DNA of 64,000 nucleotides from a bacterium (GTDB lineage: Bacteria; Electryoneota; Electryoneia; Electryoneales; Electryoneaceae), in NCBI GenBank assembly GCA_963669175.1, contig OY769902.1, positions 2,720,001-2,784,000 of the forward strand. Reading direction: 5' to 3'. The notes beneath the pieces are model-generated. The model was not told the origin of the DNA. It ran no database searches and was given only the letters and a program-made list of their open reading frames with translations. The position numbers and the translations under genes were made by a program. Below, piece by piece: positions 30,677-40,854 of this stretch (positions within the stretch are counted from its first letter, which is position 1; each line of letters begins with the position of its first letter).

Positions 30677-31788
30677 ACCCCCTGGATATTTTCACCGATT
30701 ACACGCTGAGGACGGTATCGCTTGGCGCGGCATTGCTGGGGATTGTCAGTGGAGGCCTGGGCAGTTTTGCCCTGCTTCGCAAGCAGAGCCTGATGGGGGA
30801 TGCCATGAGCCATGCAGCTTTGCCTGGAATCGCACTGGCGTTTCTCTTCACAGGCAGCAAAGCGCCATTGGTGCTGTTGTTGGGAGCAGCGATAGCTGGA
30901 TGGTTGGGCACCTGGTTTGTCATGCAGGTTATTCGCAAGACACGTGTCAGCCAGGACAGCGCCATGGGGATTGTACTGAGTGTCTTTTTCGGGCTTGGGC
31001 TGGTTCTGTTGACCTTTATTCAGAAATTACCTACCGCGTCCCAGGCCGGGCTGGACAAGTTCCTGTTCGGTCAGGCGGCCACGTTAATGGAGAAAGATGT
31101 CATCACAATGGCGGTCCTGGGACTTCCTGCATTGTTGCTTATGGGCGTGTTCTGGAAAGAGCTGAAATTGCTGAGTTTTGACCGTGAATACGGCGACACG
31201 CTTGGTTTCGCCATGCAGAAGATGGACTTGCTGCTGACGGCGATGCTTGTTGTGGCAATTGTTATCGGGCTTCAGACGGTTGGTGTTGTGCTGATGAGCG
31301 CGATGGTGGTTGCACCGGCTGCTGCCGCGCGTCAATGGACAGACCGGATGGGGGGGATGGTTGTACTGGCCAGCCTGTTTGGCGCGATCAGTGGCGTGAG
31401 CGGGGCTGTGTTGTCTGCAACGATGGAGAATCTCCCGACCGGGCCAACGATTGTGGTTGTTCTGAGTGTTGTTGTATTTGGCTCCATGATATTCGCTCCC
31501 CGGCGCGGGCTGCTTTTTAACTACGTGCGATCACGGCGTAACAGTCAGAGGCTTCAAGTGCGAGCTGTGCTGGAAGACTTGTATATGCTGAGTCTACAGC
31601 ATGCGGGGGAAAAACGTCCTCACCCGGTGCAGACTCTGCGGGCGATGAGTTGGGGGCATGGTGGGGTGGAGCGTTCGCTAAGGGAACTGGAAGAACGAAA
31701 ATGGGTGACGCAGCTTCCCGGCGGGTGGGTACTGACTACTGCCGGTGAGCTTCAGGCGCAGCAGCATGCCGGGGAGGAAAAATCATGA
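30673..31788 (+). CDS. troC: Mn/Zn ABC permease (TroC) with C-terminal winged-helix-like tail
   Basis: [35 protein letters not shown]; ATGA overlap with troB. Confidence 0.92.
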   Translation: MNPLDIFTDYTLRTVSLGAALLGIVSGGLGSFALLRKQSLMGDAMSHAALPGIALAFLFTGSKAPLVLLLGAAIAGWLGTWFVMQVIRKTRVSQDSAMGIVLSVFFGLGLVLLTFIQKLPTASQAGLDKFLFGQAATLMEKDVITMAVLGLPALLLMGVFWKELKLLSFDREYGDTLGFAMQKMDLLLTAMLVVAIVIGLQTVGVVLMSAMVVAPAAAARQWTDRMGGMVVLASLFGAISGVSGAVLSATMENLPTGPTIVVVLSVVVFGSMIFAPRRGLLFNYVRSRRNSQRLQVRAVLEDLYMLSLQHAGEKRPHPVQTLRAMSWGHGGVERSLRELEERKWVTQLPGGWVLTTAGELQAQQHAGEEKS

Positions 31789-32897
31789 CTCCTCAGCAGT
31801 TTGATATTCAGCTGATTGCCTCGTTATCCGCTGTGGCTTGTGCGTTGCCCGGAGTATTCCTGGTGTTGCGTCGCATGGCCATGATGAGTGATGCGATCAG
31901 TCACGCTATCCTTGTAGGTATTGTTCTGGCTTTCTTTGCCGTGAAGGATTTATCCTCGCCGATCCTGCTTATCGCTGCTGCAGCAACGGGCGTTTTAACA
32001 GTCGCTTTGGTGGAAATGGTCAGTCGCACAAAGTTGTTGAAAGAAGACGCTTCAATGGGAATTGTATTCCCGGTTCTTTTCAGCATCGGTGTTATCCTGA
32101 TCAGCAGATACAGCGGCAATATTCACCTGGATACGGATTCGGTACTGCTTGGCGAGCTGGCGCTGGCTCCTTTTGATCGTCTGGTCATCGGCGGCCATGA
32201 TATCGGTCCACTGGGGGCGTATACCATGGGCGGGGCAGTCCTGTTGAACCTGGCATTTATCATCCTTTTCTACAAGGAACTGAAGCTCTCAACATTTGAT
32301 CCGGGGTTGGCCGCAGCCATTGGCTTTTCTCCGGCGTTGTTACATTATAGTCATATGGCGCTGGTTTCGGTTACAGCGGTTGGGGCGTTTGACGTAGTCG
32401 GTTCCATTCTGGTTGTGGCACTAATGGTTGCGCCACCGGCATCGGCTTACCTGTTGACAGATCGATTGCCGGTCATGATTCTGCTGGCTTCGCTTTTTGG
32501 AATCGCTTCAGCAATTCTTGGTTTCTGGACGGCGGTAGTACTGGATGCCTCGATTGCGGGCACAATGGCAAGCTGGACAGGGATAATCTTCCTGCTGGTT
32601 TTCCTGTTTGCACCGGATCGTGGGATTGTTGCCATGGTTCTGAGACGACACAGACAGCGTGGCGATTTCGCACTCAGGATGCTGGTTGTACACCTGTTGC
32701 AGCACGAGAACGAACCCAATGCGTTGGATGAATGCCGTATCGATCACCTTCAGGATCATTTCCGCTGGGACCAGGTTTTTGCCGGACGGATTATTAAACT
32801 GGGGAAACGGCGCGGCGTGCTGAGTACGGCTGGCGACAAACTGGTTCTGCAACAGGATGGAAGAGTGCTGGCACAACGGGCGGTTTCGGAGAGTTAA
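31785..32897 (+). CDS. troD: Mn/Zn ABC permease (TroD)
   Basis: MMSDAISHAILVG, HLDTD.VLLGEL, YKELKLSTFDP, AFDVVGSILVVA. Confidence 0.92.
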   Translation: MTPQQFDIQLIASLSAVACALPGVFLVLRRMAMMSDAISHAILVGIVLAFFAVKDLSSPILLIAAAATGVLTVALVEMVSRTKLLKEDASMGIVFPVLFSIGVILISRYSGNIHLDTDSVLLGELALAPFDRLVIGGHDIGPLGAYTMGGAVLLNLAFIILFYKELKLSTFDPGLAAAIGFSPALLHYSHMALVSVTAVGAFDVVGSILVVALMVAPPASAYLLTDRLPVMILLASLFGIASAILGFWTAVVLDASIAGTMASWTGIIFLLVFLFAPDRGIVAMVLRRHRQRGDFALRMLVVHLLQHENEPNALDECRIDHLQDHFRWDQVFAGRIIKLGKRRGVLSTAGDKLVLQQDGRVLAQRAVSES

Positions 32898-32979
32898 TGA
32901 CTCTGATAGTGGTTATCAATGCTTAAAAGATGTATTTTGCCATTTGAAAAATTTTCATCATACAACGAGCGGGTAACAG

Positions 32980-33486
32980 ATGGGTTCACCGTTTGATGAT
33001 GGCAAAACACGGTATCTCGGGATAGGGGATTTCGCTGCATCCAATACCCCTGAAGAGGTGCTGCGGACCATGGGACTTGGGTCTTGTGTTGGCATTGTGC
33101 TGCTTGCGCCAAATCACAAGGCGATTGGCTTGGCGCATATAGCTTTGCCTTCATCCAGGACAAATCCGACCAGGGCCAGGACAAAACCAGGCGCATACGC
33201 GGATACCGCAATTCCCGCGCTGATTCGTGAGATGCAGAAGATAGGTGTGGTGTCTTCAACCCAGGTTGTGGCGAAGATTGCCGGGGGAGCAGCCGTGGTT
33301 GACCCGCACAATGTGTTCAATATCGGATCACGAAACCAGGAAATGGTCAAGCGTGTGCTGAATCATTACAACATTCGTATCGTTGCTACGGAATTGGGCG
33401 GATCGATCAGTAGAAATATTTCGGTTTTTGTTCACAATGGGAGGGTGATTATTTCATCAGCAGGCAAAGGAGAGTGGGATTTATGA
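32980..33486 (+). CDS. cheD: Chemoreceptor glutamine deamidase CheD family
   Basis: T.GLGSCVG, GLAHIALP, YADTA, AKIAGGA, IGSRN, GG...R. Confidence 0.9.
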   Translation: MGSPFDDGKTRYLGIGDFAASNTPEEVLRTMGLGSCVGIVLLAPNHKAIGLAHIALPSSRTNPTRARTKPGAYADTAIPALIREMQKIGVVSSTQVVAKIAGGAAVVDPHNVFNIGSRNQEMVKRVLNHYNIRIVATELGGSISRNISVFVHNGRVIISSAGKGEWDL

Positions 33487-34322
33487 AGTTGCCGGAAAAC
33501 TTGCTGAAAAAGGTGGAAAGTCTGCCTGTGCTGTCCAGCGTGGCCGGAAGGCTGATAGCGCTGGTGAACAGTTCGGACTATTCGCTGGAAGAAGTCGCCA
33601 AGCTGGTGTCGCAGGACGCTTTCTTGACCGGTAAGGTACTCAGACTGGCGAATTCTGCCGCGTATGCTCGTGGCAATACCTTTACCACAGTGCAGCGTGC
33701 TGTACCCCATATCGGTGGACGTGCTGTGATGGGGCTGGTTCTGGGCGACAGCGCCAAGGGATTGTACAATGATGGCCTGAATGGGTACGCTGCAGAACAT
33801 ATCGGGTTGTGGGAGCACTCTCTGCATACAGCGCTGGCAGCCAAGGAAATCGCTCAGTTCACCAAGGGCAAGGTTGTCCCGGATGAAGCGTTTACCGCTG
33901 GTCTGCTGCACGATATAGGAAAAGCGGTGCTGTCGGAGTTCCTGGCCATCGATGCCAAAACCGAAGATCGAAGGAATTACCTCAATACAGAACGAAAGCG
34001 TTCCGGATCGGACCATGCCACAGTCAGCCATGCTATTGTGCAGCATTGGGGACTGCCGCAGGCGATTGAACAGGTTACCCTCTTCCATCATGCGCCACAG
34101 AATGCAGATGAAGAGTACAAGGCGCTGGTTTTTACCGTTCATCTTGCCGACTTCGTTTCCATGATGCACGGCAAAGGGACAGGTGTGGATGCGCTTGCCT
34201 ATACCCTGGATGGATCCTATACAGAATATGTCACTATAACGGACATCCAGCTGGAAAACATTGTTCTAGTAATTGAGGACGAATTTCAGGCAATCTTTCA
34301 GGATATGAAACCAGGCACATGA
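33483..34322 (+). CDS. HDOD domain protein
   Basis: LP.L, D..LT.KVLRLANS, LWEHS, FTAGLLHDIGK, HW.LP, FHH.P; overlaps cheD stop. Confidence 0.92.
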   Translation: MKLPENLLKKVESLPVLSSVAGRLIALVNSSDYSLEEVAKLVSQDAFLTGKVLRLANSAAYARGNTFTTVQRAVPHIGGRAVMGLVLGDSAKGLYNDGLNGYAAEHIGLWEHSLHTALAAKEIAQFTKGKVVPDEAFTAGLLHDIGKAVLSEFLAIDAKTEDRRNYLNTERKRSGSDHATVSHAIVQHWGLPQAIEQVTLFHHAPQNADEEYKALVFTVHLADFVSMMHGKGTGVDALAYTLDGSYTEYVTITDIQLENIVLVIEDEFQAIFQDMKPGT

Positions 34323-34327
34323 TACTC

Positions 34328-34570
34328 AATTAAGAATTAAAAATTAAGAATTAATGCGAGAGAATCAAGAATGGAGGATTGATAACTAGAAATTAGGAAT
34401 TAGGAATTAGAAATTAGGAATTATTATATGATGTAAGCATTTGTTATGAGGTCGTGATTATTTTTAATTCAACAACTTTAAAACTTTAAAACTTTAAAAC
34501 TTTAAAACTTTACAACTTTGAAACTTTCAAACCTTTTTCACTTTCTTTACTTTTTCACTTTTTTCACTTC
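34328..34570. repeat. Consecutive 7-mer, 8-mer and ~9-mer short tandem repeats
   Basis: 14 in-phase AATTA(A/G)(G/A)-type heptamers 34328-34425; 7 AACTTTAA-type octamers 34474-34529; ACTTTTTTC-like units to ~34570. Confidence 0.85.
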
Positions 34571-34585
34571 CAAACGAGATCCAAC

Positions 34586-36031
34586 ATGAGCAAAGATCTA
34601 CAAAAAGACATAGAAGTATCAGCACCTCCTCTTGGACGTGGTATCTACTGCAACAGAACTTTAAACCTGAATGCCATTCGTGCGATCGGGTATGACATGG
34701 ACTATACGCTGGTTCATTACAATTCCGACGACTGGGAGCGAATTGCATACTATTACCTGAAACTGAAATTGCAGGAACAGGGCTTTCCGGTTGATGATCT
34801 TGAGTTCGATACAAGCCTGATCATGCGTGGCCTGTCGCTTGACATGGAGCTGGGCAACCTTGTAAAAGCCAATCGTTTCAATTTCATCAAGCAGGCCATG
34901 CACGGCACTCGTCCATTAAGCTTCGAAGAACAGAAGACAACCTATGCTCGAGTTCCGGCTGAATTGGGGAACTCCCGTTTTCGCTTCCTGAATACCCTGT
35001 TTTCGCTTTCTGAAGCATGTATGTATGCCCAGTTGGTGGGCAAGATGGATGCCGGGGAATTTCCTGAGGGAATGGGCTATACGGACCTGGCGCATATTAT
35101 ATCACGCAGCCTGGATGAAGCGCATACCGAGGGACAACTAAAAGCGGAAATCCTGGCTAATCCGGAGAAGTACATCGTTCTTGATCCGGAGATGCCGTTG
35201 GCATTGCTGGATCAACGTGCTGCCGGGAAAAAACTGCTCCTGATCACCAATTCGGATTGGGCCTATACTCTGAAGATCATGACCTATGCGATGGATCCCT
35301 TCCTTCCCGGGGGGATGACCTGGCGTGATCTGTTCCATATCATCATCGTCTCGGCCCGTAAACCGGCCTTTTTTGAACGTAATGAACCGGCCTTTGAGAT
35401 TATTAACGATGAAGGCCACATGAAGCCTGTCATCGGGACGCTCGAAGAAGGGAAATGTTATGTTGGCGCATGCGCGTCCCTGGTCGAGCGTTCGCTTGGC
35501 TGTTCCGGGGAAGAGCTGCTATATGTTGGCGATCATCTGTTCTCCGATGTTCATGTTACCAAAAGCCTGATGCGGTGGAGAACCGGATTGGTGGTGCGTG
35601 AAATCGAAGAAGAGCTGGCCGCGTTGGAAACATTCAGGGGCAACCAGTGTGAACTGGTGAAGCTGATGCAGGAGAAGGAAAAGCTTGAACATCAACTGAA
35701 CCAGGTGCGATTGTATCAGCAGAGAAAACGCGAGAAGTATGGCGCTGGAAGAGAAATAAAAGGCGATGTGTTGCGTGCTGCAAAGAATGAATTGTGGACC
35801 AAACTTAAAGCTCTGGATGAGAAAATCAGTCCATTAGCGCATGAATCCTCGCATCTGATGCACCCACGGTGGGGGCTGCTTATGCGTGCCGGGAATGATA
35901 AATCCCAGTTTGCCCGTCAACTGGAACAATATTCGGACATTTACCTGTCACGTGTTTCGAATTTCCTGTATGCATCGCCCTTTGCATATATCCGTTCGAC
36001 CTACAGCAGCTTGCCGCATGATAGAGGATAG
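34586..36031 (+). CDS. HAD-IG family 5'-nucleotidase (cN-II-like)
   Basis: GIYCNRTLNL, GYDMDYTLVHY, LITNS, ARKP.FF, LYVGDH..SD. Confidence 0.92.
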   Translation: MSKDLQKDIEVSAPPLGRGIYCNRTLNLNAIRAIGYDMDYTLVHYNSDDWERIAYYYLKLKLQEQGFPVDDLEFDTSLIMRGLSLDMELGNLVKANRFNFIKQAMHGTRPLSFEEQKTTYARVPAELGNSRFRFLNTLFSLSEACMYAQLVGKMDAGEFPEGMGYTDLAHIISRSLDEAHTEGQLKAEILANPEKYIVLDPEMPLALLDQRAAGKKLLLITNSDWAYTLKIMTYAMDPFLPGGMTWRDLFHIIIVSARKPAFFERNEPAFEIINDEGHMKPVIGTLEEGKCYVGACASLVERSLGCSGEELLYVGDHLFSDVHVTKSLMRWRTGLVVREIEEELAALETFRGNQCELVKLMQEKEKLEHQLNQVRLYQQRKREKYGAGREIKGDVLRAAKNELWTKLKALDEKISPLAHESSHLMHPRWGLLMRAGNDKSQFARQLEQYSDIYLSRVSNFLYASPFAYIRSTYSSLPHDRG

Positions 36032-36070
36032 CTACAGGGAAAAGGCAAGAGGTACTTGAAAGTCAGATAA

Positions 36071-36100
36071 ACACAAAAGCCCCGAAAGGGGCTTTTGTGT
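36071..36100. terminator. Bidirectional intrinsic terminator
   Basis: ACACAAAAGCCCC-gaaa-GGGGCTTTTGTGT between convergent genes. Confidence 0.9.
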
Positions 36101-36124
36101 CATACAGAAAACGGGATGCCGTCT

Positions 36125-36733
36125 CTAGTCTTCTTCGTACTCCTGACCAAGGATATCCGTAACCTTGCGCATCAGGTCATCGAGATCCGGTGGTTTGTCG
36201 ATATAAAAATCGACCCGGAGATCCTTGGTTGCATCCTTCACCAGCTCATCAATAAAGCCGGAAAGAATAATGATATGAGTGCCCTGCAGGTTGTTTTCCT
36301 GACGCAGCATGGAGGCGATACGAACGCCGTCGGTGCCGGGCAGGTGCAGATCGAGAATCACCAGGTCTGGCTGATGCTTGATCAATAACAATCCAGCTTT
36401 TGCAATGTCATGTGTCCCAAGCACAACACGATCATCACGTTTCAGAGTCTCAACCAGGGTATCTACAATCGCAGGCTCATCATCAATAATCAACACTGTG
36501 GGAGGACGTGAAGCCTTTTCCCACTGCGCTGGAACATCAAAACCGTGCTCACGACAAAAACGAACCATCTCATCAGCAGAAATCCGGTAGTGCCCACCGG
36601 GAGTAGATCCGGACTTCAACTGCCCCCGTTTGATCCAGTTTGCAACTGTTTCCGGGGTAACATGACAATGCCGGGCTATCTCGCCAGTCGTGAACCACAA
36701 TTTGCGTGGCTTTTTCTTTGAGGTTGACGCCAT
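36125..36733 (-). CDS. Response regulator with N-terminal excisionase-like HTH and C-terminal receiver
   Basis: FTTGEIA..C.V...TV.NW..G.L....TPGGHYRI; IIDDE, PDLVILDL.LPG.DG, KP. Confidence 0.9.
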   Translation of the reverse strand: MASTSKKKPRKLWFTTGEIARHCHVTPETVANWIKRGQLKSGSTPGGHYRISADEMVRFCREHGFDVPAQWEKASRPPTVLIIDDEPAIVDTLVETLKRDDRVVLGTHDIAKAGLLLIKHQPDLVILDLHLPGTDGVRIASMLRQENNLQGTHIIILSGFIDELVKDATKDLRVDFYIDKPPDLDDLMRKVTDILGQEYEED

Positions 36734-36987
36734 CTGGTCACCTTTCTACGCATGAGCGGTGAAACAACAGATCCGGGTAATAGGGTCACAATCCACCGAA
36801 ATCACATCAAAAGGTTAGAATTTCACAACCCACCTTCAGTAGCATCCCAATATACACTACTGGAGCGGGATTGGCAAAGTAGTAATTGCTAGAAAGCAAA
36901 GTAATACTGCCATTGATGATTTAGCTGATTATCAAGAATTTATCCCTGATGTGAAAACTATACGCCGAGACGTACTCGTAACTTTTT

Positions 36988-38541
36988 CTATGCGTTCATA
37001 TCTGACCATCTCTTTGCCATCTGTGCAAAAATGATCAGCGCGACGACTGCGACTGCACCGATAACGGCAAAAGGTGTCCAGACATTGTATTGTGGATTAT
37101 ACATATCCCACAGAAGACGAGTGGCGCCAAGCGCGTCCATTCCGGTGACTTCCTGCAACTTCAGGAAGGCTTCGGTTCTGGACACATTCAGCAAGTCAGT
37201 AAGTGCATTCGGATTGCCATTCCAGACCTTCCCAGCGCCCAGTGATGTGTACTCAAACAGGTATTTCTGAGCGAGGACTGCCTTTTCACCGAAGTTTCCG
37301 TAAAAGTATCCAGCCATCACAGAACCGGTATAACCGCCGATACCGACCGGAATATTAACATAACCAAGGTAGAGTCCCTTTTTCCCCGGCGGGGCAATCA
37401 GGCCCAGGTATTCATTCTTTTTCGGGCCGGTAAGCATTTCACCCGTGGAGAAAAAGATAACACCCAGCAGGAACATCCAGCCAACAGAAGTAAATCCTGC
37501 GACGATAATACCGCCCATGGCGATCATCATACCCAAGACCATGGCTTCCAGGGTACGCAGCTTACGTACTGCCCAGGAAATCGGGATCATGAAAGCAATA
37601 ATAAAACCGGCGTTCAGGTTCAACAGGTATTCCTGCGGAACTTGCGGCCCTCGATCCGTCATCACAACCCAGCTCTCGGGCAGGAAGGGGATGGAGGAGA
37701 TAAACGATGCCACTCCGCCACTGTTATTCCAGTCGGTCAGGAAGTTTGGATGCAGATCCCAAAGCTGGTACATCATCAGCCAGAAACAGCTCATGATCAG
37801 CAGCCAGGTAATCAGACGCGGTTCGAAGATATTCTTCAGGGTGCGTGCAAACACTTGCAACGGGTTTTCCGTCTTGTCCGCACCGGATGCATAGTCCTTA
37901 AAGGTGAACAGCATCAGGTAGTTCAACGATGTAATGATGGCCGATGCGATGAAAAGGTGACGCCAGGAATACTCGTGACGCAGGTGACCGGCAAGGAATG
38001 GACCGGCGAACGCGCCAATGTTGACGACCCAGTAAAAGATACCCCAGCCGACAGAACTGTTTTTCTTGGACAGGTTCTGTGCCAGTGAACCCTGCAACGA
38101 GGGTTTGAAAAACGCTGTACCTGTTGCGAGAATGATAATCCCGGCGAAGAATCCCCAATAGGTGCGCATATAGGCCATCATGACATAGCCAATGATGTTC
38201 AGCGTCACCGAAAAACCAAGGGTTTTCTTATATCCGTAACGATCAGCATAACCACCGGTGAACATGGGCAGGATTGACTGGAAAATGAACCACCAGCCGT
38301 AAATCTGTCCCTTCTGCATGGCGGTGAAATGCAGACCACCCGGATCATCTGCCTGCATGATGTAAATGGCTACGACACTTCGGACAGCAAAATAGGCCAT
38401 CCGTTCCCACATCTCGATTCCGTTCAGCATCCAGTAGCCGAAGGGGAAGCCAAATAAGCGAAATCCCTGCTTCTCTTCAGTTTTTGTGACGTCTGCCAAT
38501 GCACCATCCTCGTTCGTTGGGACCCTGATTTGAGAAACCAT
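36988..38541 (-). CDS. MFS transporter (POT/PTR-like)
   Basis: E.WER.AY (ExxER), G.YADRYG, FKPS, FYWVVNIG, GEM..GP. Confidence 0.88.
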   Translation of the reverse strand: MVSQIRVPTNEDGALADVTKTEEKQGFRLFGFPFGYWMLNGIEMWERMAYFAVRSVVAIYIMQADDPGGLHFTAMQKGQIYGWWFIFQSILPMFTGGYADRYGYKKTLGFSVTLNIIGYVMMAYMRTYWGFFAGIIILATGTAFFKPSLQGSLAQNLSKKNSSVGWGIFYWVVNIGAFAGPFLAGHLRHEYSWRHLFIASAIITSLNYLMLFTFKDYASGADKTENPLQVFARTLKNIFEPRLITWLLIMSCFWLMMYQLWDLHPNFLTDWNNSGGVASFISSIPFLPESWVVMTDRGPQVPQEYLLNLNAGFIIAFMIPISWAVRKLRTLEAMVLGMMIAMGGIIVAGFTSVGWMFLLGVIFFSTGEMLTGPKKNEYLGLIAPPGKKGLYLGYVNIPVGIGGYTGSVMAGYFYGNFGEKAVLAQKYLFEYTSLGAGKVWNGNPNALTDLLNVSRTEAFLKLQEVTGMDALGATRLLWDMYNPQYNVWTPFAVIGAVAVVALIIFAQMAKRWSDMNA

Positions 38542-38692
38542 AAGGTAACGAAAGGGAGGCCATATCGCCAGTAATCATTCTGCAACACACCATCTTTCCT
38601 TCAAGGAGTCAATACTCTTGTCTCAACGCATGGCAACTGGCGATCATGTTTGTTATTTTTTGCTCATCATTCATCCAGGACAAAGGTCGAAT

Positions 38693-39754
38693 ATGCGCAT
38701 CAAACCTGTGCTGCATAGTGCTGTTGTTTTCACATTTCTTGTTCTTGCCCTGCTTGGCATCGCACAGGAAGGGGAACAGGGAAACGCCCAAAGGGTTCGT
38801 ATCGGATTTGTCGGCGACACATTCTTGGGTAACTGGGCAGTCGCTTATCTCGATACGCATGGAGTCAGTTATCCTTACCAGGGAACACGGCACCTGTTCG
38901 AAGAAATGGATCTTGTTGTAGCGAACCTTGAAAGTCCTATCACAACAAGCGATTCAGCGTTTGTCGAGAAAACATATTTACTGAAGTCGCCTCCGGGGAT
39001 TGAAAAAGGATTGTATGAGGCGAATATCCGTGCCGTAAACCTTGCCAACAATCACATTCTGGATCGTGGTGTTCATGCACTGCAGGAGACGATGAACTAT
39101 TTGGATCGTGCCAATGTGAAACATTTCGGCGGCGGGATGAACAAGGAAGAGGCTATCCGTGAAGCAGTCATGGATATTAACGGCGTAAAAGTGGCGCTCC
39201 TTGGTTTCGCTGCCATTTTTCCCGAAGAGTTCTGGGCGGGTATTGATCGTCCTGGAGTGCCGTTTCCTTACCGTGAGGACGTGATAGAAGCGGTGGAGAG
39301 ATGCGTCCGTGAAAATGACCTGGTGATTGTGTCATTTCACTGGAGCGCTGAACTGCGTCCGGACCCCAAGGACTACCAGGTTGAGCTTGCGGAGTTGTGT
39401 ATCGATCTGGGGGTGGATGCGGTTATCGGGCATCACCCGCATATTCCCCAAAGTGTGGCGGTTTACAAAGGGAAACCCATCTTTTACAGCGTAGGGAATT
39501 TTGCGTTTGCTTCCTACAGCACATCTGCGAAAGTGGGCTTGCTGGCTGATATCGTTTTTGAGGGTGAAGAAGTCATAAGCGCACGTGTTATTCCACTCAA
39601 TGTTTTTAACGAGGAAGTCAATTTTAATCCATATCCGCTGCCACAAGAAAAGGCGGCCAAGTTTTTCACGTACCTCGACAGCCTGTCGGTACCGTTTAAT
39701 GATAGTCTGAGTATTATCGACCAGAACGGTAATCTGGATCTGACAAAGCGCTGA
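38693..39754 (+). CDS. CapA family metallophosphatase (PGA_cap)
   Basis: FVGD, NLE, LANNH..D.G, HW..E, IGHHPH, YS.GNF; signal peptide from ATG 38693. Confidence 0.9.
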   Translation: MRIKPVLHSAVVFTFLVLALLGIAQEGEQGNAQRVRIGFVGDTFLGNWAVAYLDTHGVSYPYQGTRHLFEEMDLVVANLESPITTSDSAFVEKTYLLKSPPGIEKGLYEANIRAVNLANNHILDRGVHALQETMNYLDRANVKHFGGGMNKEEAIREAVMDINGVKVALLGFAAIFPEEFWAGIDRPGVPFPYREDVIEAVERCVRENDLVIVSFHWSAELRPDPKDYQVELAELCIDLGVDAVIGHHPHIPQSVAVYKGKPIFYSVGNFAFASYSTSAKVGLLADIVFEGEEVISARVIPLNVFNEEVNFNPYPLPQEKAAKFFTYLDSLSVPFNDSLSIIDQNGNLDLTKR

Positions 39755-39810
39755 CTGCAGCCCGGACATGCTTGTCCGGGAATTCAGATGTTCAATATTT
39801 CTGCAATCCG

Positions 39811-40839
39811 CTATTCTTCTGTTTTCAATCCCCAGAACCGGATCGTATTATCCCGAGCGCAACTGATTACCCATTGATTATCAGGCGTAACGATCACATT
39901 TGTAACCTGGTCCTGGTGTCCGATCAATGAGCCGGCGATCCGGCTGGTGAGCATATCCCACATCATGATAACCCGATCATCGCCGGCGCTGAACAGGATG
40001 TTGCCATCGCTTGAGAAGCAGACTGTTTTAACCCAACCGCTTGTATGGTCAAACCTGTTTCGAATAGTCCCTGTCTCAGCATTCCAGACCCACAGATCCG
40101 CGCCATCGGTTCCCGAGGCGATCTGTTTTCCGTTCGGATTATAAGCCAACGCTTTTGGCGCCAGGTTATCCTGGCTGAACGCGGAAATCTCTTCCCCGGT
40201 TTGCGCATCCCATATGACGATGCGGGAGTCATTGCCGCCGCTGGCCAGCCATTTCCCATCCGGACTGAATGCGAGGCCGTTCACATGACCAATCTGGTGT
40301 CCACGCAACATGTGATTCAGCGTAAACGATTCCGTTTCCCTGATATTGACTGTGGCGTCCCAGCTCCCCGTAGCCAGTAAAGTCCCATCCGGACTGAATT
40401 CCAGGGCTACCACATCATCAGTATGGTCACGCAACGTAGCGACAACGGAATGTTTCTTCATGTTATAGATAATTACTGTGTTGTCATCAGAGGCCGTAGC
40501 CAGCAGCGATCCATCATGATTGAACGCCAGTGACCTGACCCAATCCTTATGCGCCTGCCATATCCACTGTCGTTTGCCTTCCGGGAAAGAATAGAAGAGG
40601 ATGGAACCATCCGAACAACCTGCGGCAAGCAGTTTCCCGTCAGGACTGATTGCCAGGGACAGGGCAAACTTGGGGCTGAGATCAATCGTTTGTTCCCAAG
40701 CCAGATCTTTGGGATTGGTGGATATAGTCGGCTGTACCGAGCTGCATCCGACCAGAAGCAGCGCAGAAAACAATATGGTCAATGAATACCGTATCACGTA
40801 ATCCTCTTCTCTATCTTGGAGTTGCGTCAGATTCTTCAC
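39811..40839 (-). CDS. WD40-repeat lipoprotein
   Basis: About 7 repeats H...V..LAFSPDG..LA.G..D..I..W; LLVGC lipobox. True start is probably slightly downstream. Confidence 0.88.
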   Translation of the reverse strand: MKNLTQLQDREEDYVIRYSLTILFSALLLVGCSSVQPTISTNPKDLAWEQTIDLSPKFALSLAISPDGKLLAAGCSDGSILFYSFPEGKRQWIWQAHKDWVRSLAFNHDGSLLATASDDNTVIIYNMKKHSVVATLRDHTDDVVALEFSPDGTLLATGSWDATVNIRETESFTLNHMLRGHQIGHVNGLAFSPDGKWLASGGNDSRIVIWDAQTGEEISAFSQDNLAPKALAYNPNGKQIASGTDGADLWVWNAETGTIRNRFDHTSGWVKTVCFSSDGNILFSAGDDRVIMMWDMLTSRIAGSLIGHQDQVTNVIVTPDNQWVISCARDNTIRFWGLKTEE

Positions 40840-40854
40840 GAAAAATCAGAATAT

